This document shows positions 1 to 11,431 of a DNA stretch of 47,184 nucleotides, piece after piece (position 1 is the first letter of the stretch; every line of letters begins with the position of its first letter). Both the position numbers and the translations under genes were made by a program. This DNA comes from Salisapilia sapeloensis CBS 127946 (taxonomy: Eukaryota > Protista > Oomycota). Under the pieces are notes generated by a model, which saw only the letters and a program-made list of their open reading frames with translations, searched no databases and was not told the origin of the DNA. The DNA is taken from contig JAADVB010000148.1 of the NCBI GenBank assembly GCA_023334545.1, positions 1-47,184 of the forward strand, read 5' to 3'.

Positions 1-10
1 ATCTTGCCGA

Positions 11-60
11 ACCTTCCAGACTCCCTCCAGACCCTTCGAGACACCATCGAGACACCTCCG
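11..60 (+). repeat. Degenerate 10-11 bp tandem repeat near the window edge
   Basis: Consecutive units accttccaga / ctccctccaga / cccttcgaga / caccatcgaga / cacctccg; it may continue beyond the left edge. Confidence 0.4.
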
Positions 61-447
61 CCAATCCACAAAGAAGCCACCCTACTAAATTTTCATACTC
101 TCTAGCAGAACTGACACGCATAATATGAGACGCAGGTTGTTCGAGATATAATATATCCGACTCAGCTCCAAGATCGACGAAAGAAAAGAAATCAGGCATC
201 GTATCAGAAATTGGAAAAGAAATTCATGTGCACATATTTTACATACTTTTGATCCGCTCGTAGCATTTCTTGGGCATCGTACCACTTGCACTACGTACAG
301 TACCAAACGAGTGCTTTTACCAATAGACACAGCACCTCACAAATCGACTGCCGTATCGGCCGAATCAGGTGCTGCTTTCTCCTCTTCCTCCGATTCACGT
401 GGAGTGGCGCCTGTACCACCTATGACATCCATCAGCATCCTCTTCAC

Positions 448-2391
448 TCACAATAAAATCCGATACAACAAACCTTCTTCCACTTCCGCCAGTAGTTCCT
501 CCGATTCGTACAAAGCTGGAAACCCTTTCTCCAGCATATTCTCATACCGCTGTGGATCCTCCGACGTCGGTGTCTCATTGAAAGCGACCATCGCTTCCAC
601 AGCACTTCTCCATCCTTTCTCCATAATCGAGTTTTGTCGTTCCTTATTCTCTTCCAGCTCTCTCGTCAAAAGCGCTTGACCAGGCGATGGAGCTGGTGAC
701 ACTGACAGTCCTTGCTTCTCTCGTTCCTGCATGATCAATCGAACACGTTGTTGATGGAAGAGCTCAAAGGCAGACGCATGGCCTTCCGTCATGATCATCT
801 GACTGCGAGGTGTTTGGGACGACCCCCACTCTTCTCTCGGCGTATTAAGTGGTCGACCGATTGGAGACGGTGCAGGGACGCTCGGTCGCGTCGGTACAAC
901 TGCATCGGACGAGAAGGGCGTGACAGGTGTGAAGCTATGCTGGGCACTGGAGCCTGTGGGTGTCGGTACACCGACAGACGAGAGGTTGATGGTCATGTTC
1001 GGACCATAGTTCTGCATAAAATATGTGGGGGAAGGAACACTCAAGTCGGCATAGTTGACGTTGTAACTAAGACTAGCATGAGGATTCGTCTGGAGGTTGT
1101 ACAGATTGAACTCGGGTTTCGAAGTCGACGACAGGTCGTTCGAAGGGGGCTCGAGTTTCAAATGCGAGAACGATGGCTCTTGCGCAGGTGGAGATGTACG
1201 TGTTCGAGCGCGGGACTTGGGTTTTGGCTTCTGATGCAACGGTTGTGTCACAGGAGAAGCGGATGGAGACTTGTCGTCTTTCGAAGCAGCTTTCCGACCA
1301 CGCATGAGACTCTTCCATCGAATCTTCACAGCGTCCTCCGTCCGACCTTTAAGCTGCTGCGCGATGATCGACCATCGATTGCCGAGCTTGGCTTGCATTT
1401 CGATGATGATACGATCCTCGTCTTCCGTGTAGGTTCTGGATAAAGAGTTAGCGCTAGTCTTTTTGGTATTGGGAATAGGATGTACCCTTTGTTAATGTTT
1501 GGATCGAGGTGATTGCACCAACGCTCTCGGCATTGCTTGGATCTAGACGACACTTAGAGACGGAAGAGTGTATAAAGTTCTTCTAGGCCATACGTTCGTC
1601 CAGGGATGAGAGAGGCGACTTGTCCCCAATTCTTTTTACCCTCGGCAACCAATTCCCTCAACTTTTCATCTTCCTCCGGTGTCCAATGGCCCTATACGGT
1701 CGTCAGGATGAGGCTTGTGGGATACGATATTGTATGTTCTTACTTTAATCAATCCTGGCTTTAACACTTTCGTCCATCGTTGAAGACACTGCGTATGGTT
1801 TCGACCAGGTACTTGATCCGCAATGGCCTATTGCATATATATATTTAGATTCTTCCGACAAGTATATGATCGAAAATGTATCTACCTTCCAATTGCGTTC
1901 TCCACTACGTTCGACTGCTAATCGCAATGATTCATCCTACCATCCATTTAATATCGTACCACATCGCACGTATACAAGGAAGCTACCTCTTGCTTACTCC
2001 ATCGTCGAGGATTGGACTTTTCTTTTGCTGGAGGTGCTTGCTGCACTGCGCTCTGGATCGAATGAGACGACGGTTGTCCCATCCCGTGCCTCGCCCGATC
2101 CTTCATCATCAACTTCATCTGTCCGTCGGAACTCGAAGTTGGACCGTCGGTCTGATTATTCTCTTCCGCGAGGGAAGGCCGAGCGCTGTTTGCGCCACGA
2201 GGTCTTTGCGAGTCTGGGGCAGGTAGCATTCGTTTGAGGCTATCCGTCCGCCCCCTCTTCTTCGGGGAACGCACGTTTCCGTCCGAACTCATGTCGTTGT
2301 TTTCTGCGGCTCGCGCGGCGTTCGTGATGGAAGCTTGGTCGAGGGCACGCCCGAGCTCGGACAGATTGGCGGTGGCGTGGACGGCCGACAT
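448..2391 (-). CDS. Three-repeat (R1R2R3) MYB transcription factor, 6 exons
   Basis: Exons 2391-1987, 1936-1886, 1827-1744, 1691-1594, 1542-1486, 1435-448 joined by GT-AG introns of 50, 58, 52, 51, 50 nt. They give RRWSKQEDESLRLAVERSGERNWKAIADQVPGRNHTQCLQRWTKVLKPGLIKGHWTPEEDEKLRELV...GRTSKQCRERWCNHLDPNINKGTYTEDEDRIIIEMQAKLGNRWSIIAQQLKGRTEDAVKIRWKSL, i.e. three Myb repeats with regularly spaced Trp. Confidence 0.95.
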
Positions 2392-4255
2392 TTACAGGCG
2401 GCCTTTATCAGTAGCAACGGAGCGCAAAGGGCAAAGGGGGGAAGCGGCTTTGCGGTCGTCGAAGCAAGCGGTGCCGAGGAACTCCGCTCGATTTGTTGTT
2501 GGAAGTTTTTGGTGCGATGTCTCGGAATACAGGCATCACGATCCTACGAATCGCTGTTTGTTGGGTTGTGATGAAATTTTTCGGGACGATAGATGGATAT
2601 TCCCAAGCGGACTTGGGCAGATGTAGCATGCCGTACTGGATGCAGTTGGGTTCAAGAGAGGAACAAGGAGCTTGACGTGCATACTATTGATGGTTATCGA
2701 GTGAAAGGTGTTGTCAAGTTGAAGATAGACTCATGTCTCTGATCGTGGATTGTGATGCCCTTGCAATGTATTTTCTGCGTCGACAGGACAAGAGGTTGCT
2801 TCCTGCCGCATGTTGCAAAAGATTTTTTATTGAGCTAAGCGCTATGTGCCGATTCCGCTAAACGAGCCTTGTGACTTTGTCATGCAAGTTGCTGCAAAGG
2901 TCATTTTATACTCCGTCCCTGGATCATTCTCGTGTCAATGGAGATGCGCATGACATATTGATGTAAATTTTCAACAGGTTACGATCAGATTGGTTTCTGT
3001 AGGTAGGTTCGTAGGGAAATGGCAATACGCAGTATACTATATGTGCTAGAAAAAACTTATAGAAATTTTGGAGGCTGCGTACAAGGGTGAAGGGATAGTA
3101 GTCTTATCCAGTGCAATATCGAACTAAATATAAGTTGCATGCAACTCGGATAAGAATGCATTCTTGAAGCGTTTTCCTATGCCACAACTGAGTGCGTTGG
3201 ACACAAACAAAGGCTGTATACAGCGTGCTATTTGAAACTGATAGAAAAAGCTGCTATTTGGCTTGAAGTGGCGTGAGCGATTGAGACTGCATACGATGTG
3301 GACGCAAATAGCAAGAAGCATAATGTCCTAGACGTGTATTGCACAGCTTGATAGTTTTAAATAGAATCGCTGCTTGGTAGAAGGAATTGCATACGTGAAA
3401 AAGTAGTTGGCAGGGTAGATGACGGTAACCGGTTTTAAATAGACAAGAGCATTTGGTCCGCCCAGATCGCATCGAGATGGAGTGGTGCGCAAGCTACTAT
3501 ACTACTTGGCGTTGCATCCAACTTCAAGTTGCAAATGCTACCCACAGATACTCCAGACCAAAGCAATCTGCCTTCGTAAGCCGGAAGCGAATTGAAATTC
3601 TACTTTGTATAGCATGCTTCTCAGACTTTTAAAGAGAATGGTATAGGAGAGGCTGGTGTAGTCTTCTAGAAAAATTCAAAGTACAGTCTTTCAGCATTTC
3701 TTTCCAAGTTTCCATTCGAAATAGAAAGTAGTCATCCGCTTTATTCTCCGCCGACCTACAGAAATGCAGATATAGATGTTAATGCACTGCCTTTGTCAGT
3801 TGAGTACCAAGATATGCATGGCAAGTAACCGAGAGCAAAGGACAAGCCTTCAAATGCTTTTACGATCGGGACTCTATACTAAATCACGTTCGAAACGTCC
3901 ACAAACCCAACGAGCGTCGTCTTCACGTCCGTACGCAGGTCACCACAGAAAACTTGCAACCAGAACATACCTTCCATTCAACAAGATAAAGCAAGGACTT
4001 AAGAATGTTTGAAGTGTATCTGGTAGGAAGATCCTTTTACATGAGTTTATCCTATTTGATAACTAGGAAACTTAATACATATATGTGGACAAATTGGCAG
4101 TAGCCATTGCCGCATTGTAGTGCGTGTTCCAACGCGCGCAGTCCACAAACTACTTCCAGCCCATCCCCACAATCATTTGTCTGTTGAGTAGCATCACAAA
4201 GCAATGTTCCGTGTTCTAAAGGCACTATTTCCCTTTATGACTACTTGTCTCTATT

Positions 4256-6825
4256 TTATGGCATCGAAATGGCCGGGACACCTCCAGATCTGGCTAAAAT
4301 CCGAGCAGCTTCTCGGCATCCATTGTCCGGATCTCGCTGTTGTACCTCTTGTAGCCAAATGCCAACTTGCATCAGTTGATCCGCCATCTCCTGTCTCAGT
4401 AGAAACGGTGGAACGACAAGTAGGACTTGTCCGACGCTATAAAGCACTTGTCTACGAACACCAGCGTCCTCTTCCATCCGACAGTTCCAGGCAAATTCAA
4501 GCAAACTCTTAGCCATCGTCAATGTAGATGGAGCATTCCCAGCGCATTCGACCAACGTCGCCAACGTCTGGAGCAAATGCGCAAGGAACTCATGTTCAAT
4601 ATCTGCACTTCTAGCTTTCAGATCGTCCTTGTGCTCTCGCGTATAATTGATATATCCAAACAGGAGAGGAGAAAAGAATCTCAATGCATGGTCTGCAAAC
4701 TCATTCTTCTGAATCTGCTGTTGATTCCGCCGATAGCCAAAGCGTCTTGTCTTGAGGTTTCTCGTCGTCTTATCCTCTAAACTCTCTTCTAACAATTTCT
4801 TACTTGATACAAGCTGGAAGTCTCCTGTCTGAGATAGTTCCTGTGCTGCTACTGTGATGGCTCGAAGAGCATCCACTCGTGTTTGTAGCATCTCCTGATA
4901 CTCCAATGCTCGCTTTTGGAGACTTGGTAGGACCTGCGTCGGTGCTACAGCACATGTAGCTGCAAGCGCACGTAGTCGTAAGGAAGTAAATTGTGAAATG
5001 TTATGCGTGTCCTCCAATCGGACGAGAGCTGTAGCGACTCTCTCTGCGTTCTCATAGAGGTCACGAGGTTTCTTTCGAATAAGCTCTTCCGCGTGTTCCA
5101 ACGCACTTGTCGTACGCTCTGGATCATTCTCTGCTTGAAGAGAAGAGATGACGTCTTTGAGATAGAATGGTCGACGAGTACCAAGGTCCTCTTCCTCATC
5201 TTCCATATCATACGCATCTAGACTGGCTTCAGATTCCACATCACTCTCGTCATCATCACTATCTACAATTTCATCTGGGTCAAGCTCATATGTCTTCTTA
5301 CTACGCTTTGGTTCCTCTTTCTCTGCTTCATGAAGTACCTTTGGACTGTCATGAACGCTGGGGAGACCTATTGGTTGGGAAGTGTAGATGGATATAGGAT
5401 CTATTTCGGTTGTTTCCAAGTCAAGAGTCTCTCCAATACTCTTGGCATAATGCTTAGCAACATGGATGCCGGCATTGCGTACACTTGTGACAGAGTGCTG
5501 GAAATGTGACTGTATGCCTGCTGTGAGTTTCGAGATCTGCTCTCCAGTCAATGTGCCTACATAATGTCCGTGGAGACAGTAAGATAGGAAGAAGCCAACG
5601 GAGGAAATGATATCGTAGTCTGTCGTCAACGTAAAGTCCGATTGACACCATCGGTCGAGGACAGTATTAAAAACGTTGAGCAGGACAGTATTTTCCGACT
5701 GACAGAGGGTGTCGAGGAAGACGCGTAAGAAAAAGAGATCTGGAAATGGCTTGCGTAGGAGCAAGCGGTGCGTAAAGACATAATGAAGGTGACGACTGTG
5801 AACAATCTCGGTGGGAAGTAGACTCAAGAGACGGTACTTGGGACAATCAAGTACCGCAACAGAAGGATCATTACTACGCTGACGGCCTAACTCGGTGAGA
5901 AATGATTCCAAGGCTGTAGGTGGAACGCTGTTTAGTACAGATTGATGCAGCTTGATACTGCTTTCGTCATATACATCGGATTGATGCAACCACGACTGAA
6001 GGACGGATGTCGTTTGTCCGATACGAATGAGCTTGTCTACTACCATTCGGAACACATTGCAATGGCCTTGAAGTGAGTTACGATGATTCGAGATGGCATG
6101 GAATAATGCTGTTGATAGAAGAGGATAAAACCGATGGGGCTTGAAGAAGGATGGCGTCTCCAATTCCAATCGATTAAAGACCATGTCTAAAAGCATTGTA
6201 GATTAGAATAATAGACACAATGCATACGAATTAGTCAACGTACCTGGAAGAGATACCAGCAATGAGATGAAAGGCCGGTACTTGGTGATTAAATTGGCAT
6301 CAGAGGCTTCTTGCTCCAAAAGCTCTGTAAATGCTTGTTCGATCGCATTGGACTCGCATACTTTCTGGAGGAGACGAGTGCATTGGAGTACCGTTGCTTT
6401 TGTATCGTCTTTGTCTTGCTTACTGTTCAAAGCTGTGCGTGAGAGTGTAGACACGAGGGCATCAAGCACCTTTTGCGATGGGATCGATGATGTGTCAAAG
6501 TAGACATCGACGCTCATTTGGCGTTGATCATAGTCAAAGCCAGGTTCTAATTGAACGGACACAAATGTAAGGACGAAAGCTGCTACTTCGTTGTAGAATG
6601 AATCGATGAAAACGTTCTACATCGTAAATTAGTCGGGAATGGCATATCGGAATCGACATTTAGGAATACCTTGGCCATCGACTCAGGACTATACAGTGGC
6701 TCTGCTAGCTTATGCAGTTCATTTGCTGCTAAAGCAATGTCATATTGTCGTTCAGCTTCCTGAATACTGCGCTTTTGGCGCTCCACGAAGCTCTTAAGCT
6801 CCTGCCAAGTGCTTCGGGAGCTCAT
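4256..6825 (-). CDS. TELO2: Telomere length regulation protein TEL2 homolog (TTT complex), 3 exons
   Basis: Exons 6825-6670, 6616-6244, 6186-4256 (introns 53 and 57 nt) restore the frame (SLPDMVFNRLE..PSFFKP). Contains an acidic CK2-site-like stretch (ELDPDEIVDSDDD..SLDAYDMEDEEEDL), followed by RPFYLKDVISSL and AEELIRKKP, recognisable TEL2 motifs. Confidence 0.9.
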
Positions 6826-6882
6826 GATTTGAAATGTTTCACAGTATAAAAAGAGTCTTATGAAATTTCTTTTCTTTATTTG

Positions 6883-6887
6883 ATTGG
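6883..6887 (-). promoter_or_regulatory. Candidate CCAAT box upstream of TELO2
   Basis: TGATTGGT on + (ACCAATCA on -), about 60 bp upstream of the TELO2 ATG; CCAAT boxes are a known oomycete core-promoter element. Confidence 0.3.
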
Positions 6888-6973
6888 TAACTTCAGCGAA
6901 TCAAGTTCTATTTCGTGCTCACTGCGTGGCTGTGGCTGCATATAACCCGCTCCACATACTACGGATAGGGTAT

Positions 6974-7249
6974 CTAGTTCGAACTAGATTTCCGCTGTGT
7001 ATTTGCTTCTTGATGAGCTTCGACTTGAGCCCACTCTCTTTCAGCTTCTGACCACGGATCGAGCTCTTCCGCAAGTTGTTTATCAAACGAAGAGCTTGAA
7101 CGCGTCGAGGAAGATACTCTTGGAGAATTGTCGTTGGACTCACTCATAGCCATGAGCATCGCCGGGCTAGTCGCTCCGCAAGCGTCACATGCATTTGCAT
7201 CCTTCGGGTTGATTAGAGTACATTCCGGGCAGCTCCATTCGCTTGACAT
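6974..7249 (-). CDS. Small RanBP2/NZF-type zinc-finger protein (91 aa)
   Basis: MSSEWSCPECTLINPKDANACDACG matches W-x-C-x2-C-x3-N-x6-C-x2-C, followed by a Ser-rich linker and an acidic helix. The ORF track extends it upstream from a non-ATG codon; the ATG at 7249 is preferred. Confidence 0.75.
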   Translation of the reverse strand: MSSEWSCPECTLINPKDANACDACGATSPAMLMAMSESNDNSPRVSSSTRSSSSFDKQLAEELDPWSEAEREWAQVEAHQEANTQRKSSSN

Positions 7250-7876
7250 TTCTTCAGCGCTGCAACTCGATTGCAAAAACGGTATTAGACTGGGTAGGAT
7301 GTAGCTCGCAATTTCCAAAATGAAGTCCTGAGAAATAGCAAAGTGTCTCTATGATCAGAGCCGGATACCTTCTTTGTTATTATTAGCTGTCCAATGGACT
7401 TTGGAAACGAGAATCTAGCCAGGTTTCCAGACCTTTCGTCTTATCTTATCGTTTTTCTACAATTTCACGGTTATTTTTCAAAAAAAAAGTATGAATTAGG
7501 CTTAAACAAAAATTAAACCCATTTGAACAACTGTAGATTATAAATTAACTAGTACCATACAACTTTATAGCTAAGACCGTACTTGCACAGGATCTAATTC
7601 TATAGTACTCTCTATTCTACTTGGTTTTCCAATGTAGACGATCTTAACAACTTTGATGATCGTATTCGACTCCTCTCATTGACTCGGGAAGTTTGGCGCT
7701 TGCTTGCTTGTCTTTTGACTTGTGGGTAACGCTCCGCTTGATGAACGTCCGCAGCCGTCATTCCAAGGCAGCGTGAGTGTGGGGAGTGATATGAGAAGTT
7801 GTTCCTCCTTCTTTATGTTTTGTTTCAATATATGTTCAATTTAAATTCGTGGTAATTCCAACTGCCTTCCAAGTAA

Positions 7877-9429
7877 TTAGTCTTTATTGAAGCCACTTGT
7901 TCGTACGCTTGATAATGTGATACTCGATCTGTCTACTTTCGTTCTACTTTCGTCGGTCACAGACGTGTTGCTCTCTGTCTCACGCATAACTAACCCTCGA
8001 CTGGTTGGTGTAGCTTTGATCGGCGAAAACAATCTCTTGTCCGCTTGAACAGCGCCTTGGATAGATGACGATTGCTCGATGCGTTTCCATGTTGGCTGTG
8101 GATCGCTAGTACGCAACGGCATCTTAGGCTTGGCGTTCCGACCGCTGAATGATTGGTTCGTAATTGGATCGTAACCGTGGACGTATGCTTGAGCATTTCT
8201 CGCATGGGCAGTTCGATTGAGACACCTCGAGTCATCCTGGTCTTGCTTAGTTTCTCCCTCAGCCAACATTCGTTGTTCAAATGCAGTTTTCTTTATCTTG
8301 TTTAAGGCTCTTCGATCCTTTTCAGTTGCAGCTAGGAGTTTCTCCGGATTGACCATTTCATTGCTGAGAATGTTGTACACTCTGCCTCCACACATTTGTT
8401 CTGTCGGTGGTAGAATAAGCACTCGATCTTTTCCATGCACAAGCTGCTCTTGGGCACGCTTTGCAAGAAAGTCTATTTCTTTGTCTTTGTCGTAATATTC
8501 TGCTCGAATCGGATCATAATTGTTCACCTTGCAGAATTTAACTGCAGCGACTTCTTTCGCCTTCCTGTACTCAGCATCGGTACGATCATCGTGTTCTCGA
8601 TGATATCTACAAAACACAAAGGTGAGGCAATTGATAGTATCTATTCTAATAAAATGTACTTGTTGCTCAAGATGTTAAAATCCCGTTGAGGTTGCTTCGA
8701 TTTAAACGTCTTCGTTGGCACCGACCTAGCACAGGTATCCAATCGTCATTTTCCTGCAATACAAGAAGCATTACCATGAGTTACTGTTCATTCTCTTGGG
8801 TGTGCGGAACATTTGTGATGATATGGTAAGGAGCAGCCCCGAGAGAACGATACGGGTGTGGCTTGGGTATCTTATCATGATGGTCAGTAGCTCCCTCGTA
8901 CAAAGGTCGATGGTTGATGAGATGGAAGCGTTGGACCGTTCGCAGTTGCTTGGCCTACAGTCACAGAGCTTAGTCAAGAGCCCGATGGTACTTTTCTAAA
9001 TTAAACAAACTCTTCCGTGCTCCAAGTTTTGTTTCACTCGATTCCTCTCACGTTCTTGTAGATCAGTTTCTCTTGCTGGATCTCGAAACTTGCCTAGCAC
9101 CCAATCGTACTCCCGCTCTTCGCGAGACTTTTGGTATCTCGTCACGTGCTTTACAGGCTCTTGTTCGTGTGGTTTCCAAGGTAAAACACCTTTTGCTGCC
9201 TACGTGATCGTGCGGCAGATTAATTTTTGCATGTAAAGAGTTCAAAGACCAACATCCTTCAGCTTCTTACCTTGTACTTTTGAATGTCTTCTGCCCATGA
9301 CGATCCATACTTTCGAAATGAATCGGACCGTCGATATAGTGATGAAGATGCGGCATTGCGTTCAGCTTGTGCAAGACCATCGTTACCATTGATGGTGGAA
9401 CTTGTCTTTGTTTGAATGATCTCTTCCAT
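7877..9429 (-). CDS. Uncharacterised protein with dispersed aromatic-[DNH]-[IP]-[IL] repeats, 5 exons
   Basis: Exons 9429-9271, 9199-9011, 8954-8785, 8725-8660, 8606-7877 (GT-AG introns of 71, 56, 59, 53 nt) give one open frame: MEEIIQTK...KYKAAKGVLPWKP...RDFNILSNKYHREHDD...YDPIRAEYYD...YNILSNE...GYDPITNQ. Confidence 0.85.
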
Positions 9430-9665
9430 GTACAAATTCTTAGCTGAGGAAAGTTTGGGATGCAGAATCTAATAAAAGTACACGTTAGTGAGTGGTAACT
9501 AAGAATAGTTTGCTTTGTAGACACGAGAGCAAAATGATCAACTTAAGATTGATTTCCCCAAAAGTGATTTTATTTTTATCTCTTTCAACTATGTTTTGAA
9601 ATACGAAAGCTATTTGTGATGCATGAGTTGCATCTACTTCCCATCCAAGTAAAGAATATACTGGA

Positions 9666-10745
9666 CTAGTAATTGCAGCTCCATAAATGCAGGTGCTTAC
9701 GGACATCGCTGGTGTCTCGAATATCGACAAGGAAGCGCTCGATTGAGTTCAGCTCCCGATCACGGATATCATCGATAAAGTTCGAACATCCGATAGCATT
9801 GCGGGGGTGGAACATGTATGCCAACGGTGAGTTGTCAATGATGATCGTACTCGCCAAATTTCGGTCAAGAAGAGAGAGGTCTTTTACGTAGGTACCCTCG
9901 TACTGAACGCAGTGCTCCCGGAAAAGTCTGTGCTTAATCACACCCGTCGGGTCAAGCTGATCGAGCAATGGGTCAGCGTACTTGCTGAGACTCGCTGTGT
10001 AGATAACAATCTCGTAGTACTTTGCCATTTCAATAAGAAATTTGTCTGCGCCAGGGCGCATCAAGACGTAGACCCGATAGATGTTCCCTTCAATCTCGAC
10101 TGGAATCACAAAGTCTGGGCGCGGGATCGGCTTGAATGAGCTATGAACTAGCGTTTCGTCCAAATCCAGCACCAAGCATTTCTTGCCCATATCTGCGGCA
10201 CTGAGAGGAGGCAAGACACTTGGTCGTAAGTCGATCATCCCAGGCGAAGATGACGATGCCTTTCGCGAATGCTTTCTTTGGGCAATTTGGGGCTTGAGTG
10301 GGGTCGCACGCTTAACCGGAGCAGGTTGCTCCGTCTGCTGATCATTTACTCCAAGTGCCGTCCAGAAGTTGGAAAGGAGGGATCGGAGGCTACCTTGTCT
10401 GTTTTCATCTGCCGACGCATTGTCATCTCGAGAAGACCGTCGAGGATGTGAAAGCTTGGATTTAGTCAATCCCTTGGTAATCTGGGGCGATCGAGGAGCT
10501 CCGTCCGCGCCGACTTGATGCACTACGTTGAGAAGAGGATTCAAAGTTGATAATGGTTGAGTCTTGCGGCGTCCATTTGTATCATCCGCAACATCTTTCT
10601 GTTGTTCAAATCCATTTTCCGTATCCTGTCGAGCAAATACCACCGCCTTAAAGCGCTCGTTTGTTCTCGGGGTCGGTGGCACATTGACTGATGTAGGAGC
10701 TTTGGATGGATTGGTGGTCAAGTTGCGAAGACTGGATGTAGACAT
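9666..10745 (-). CDS. CTD small phosphatase (SCP/CTDSP, FCP1-like HAD phosphatase; NIF domain)
   Basis: KKCLVLDLDETLVHSS (DxDxT), VLMRPGADKFL, IYTASLSKYADPLLDQLD, YVKDLS, IIIDNSP. First ATG at 10745. Confidence 0.93.
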   Translation of the reverse strand: MSTSSLRNLTTNPSKAPTSVNVPPTPRTNERFKAVVFARQDTENGFEQQKDVADDTNGRRKTQPLSTLNPLLNVVHQVGADGAPRSPQITKGLTKSKLSHPRRSSRDDNASADENRQGSLRSLLSNFWTALGVNDQQTEQPAPVKRATPLKPQIAQRKHSRKASSSSPGMIDLRPSVLPPLSAADMGKKCLVLDLDETLVHSSFKPIPRPDFVIPVEIEGNIYRVYVLMRPGADKFLIEMAKYYEIVIYTASLSKYADPLLDQLDPTGVIKHRLFREHCVQYEGTYVKDLSLLDRNLASTIIIDNSPLAYMFHPRNAIGCSNFIDDIRDRELNSIERFLVDIRDTSDVRKHLHLWSCNY

Positions 10746-11431
10746 GTTGAAAGAGATCGACTGGTTTTCTTGGAAGCAAGTGTACTTCCGTTGCCGGTGT
10801 CGAGGTGGAGAGGAGGAAAGAGTGGAAGGTGCTAAGCACGAGTCGAAAGAGATAATACGAAACCAAGCGCTGTGGATCATTGACGCAAAGACTGCTTTCA
10901 GTTCTGATCAACCCTTTCAGCTTCCTCATGCTTGTGCTGAGGAACGGTAGCTAATTTAAGATGGGATAAGACATGGCTAGGGAAGGTCCTTCTAATCTAT
11001 ATTATGTCTCCGAATATCCAAACGACTAGCAACGTAACTGAACTTGATGCCCAATGCTTCAATTGCTTATAAACAGTTCTTTTGATGATCAAAGCAGCAC
11101 ATAAACCAACATTTGACATACTTCTACGCATCCTACCCTAAGCAAAAGCTAGAAGTTTCCACTTGTGCATTCGCAGGTACCTGCCATTTTATCGAAGGTC
11201 ATAAATATAGTTCAATAGCCGGTATCGACCGCGGTTTCTACGAGTCTTTTGTCGCATTCTGAACCTCATTTTCACGGCATCGCTCAGTATATAAGCTTCC
11301 CGACTGAACGGAAGCAGAAAATAACAGTACTAGCGAAACCAACCTTCGCACGTGTCGGTGACGCATTTCATACTAGAGTTGTACAGTTACCAGATATCTT
11401 TCGCGTCCCTCACGATTTGGATCTAGCTGGG

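Noticed and set aside
6972-6989. Perfect 18-bp palindrome atctagttcgaactagat over the zinc-finger gene stop codon
   Set aside because: About 0.2 such palindromes are expected by chance in 47 kb (4^-9 per position); there is no other supporting context.
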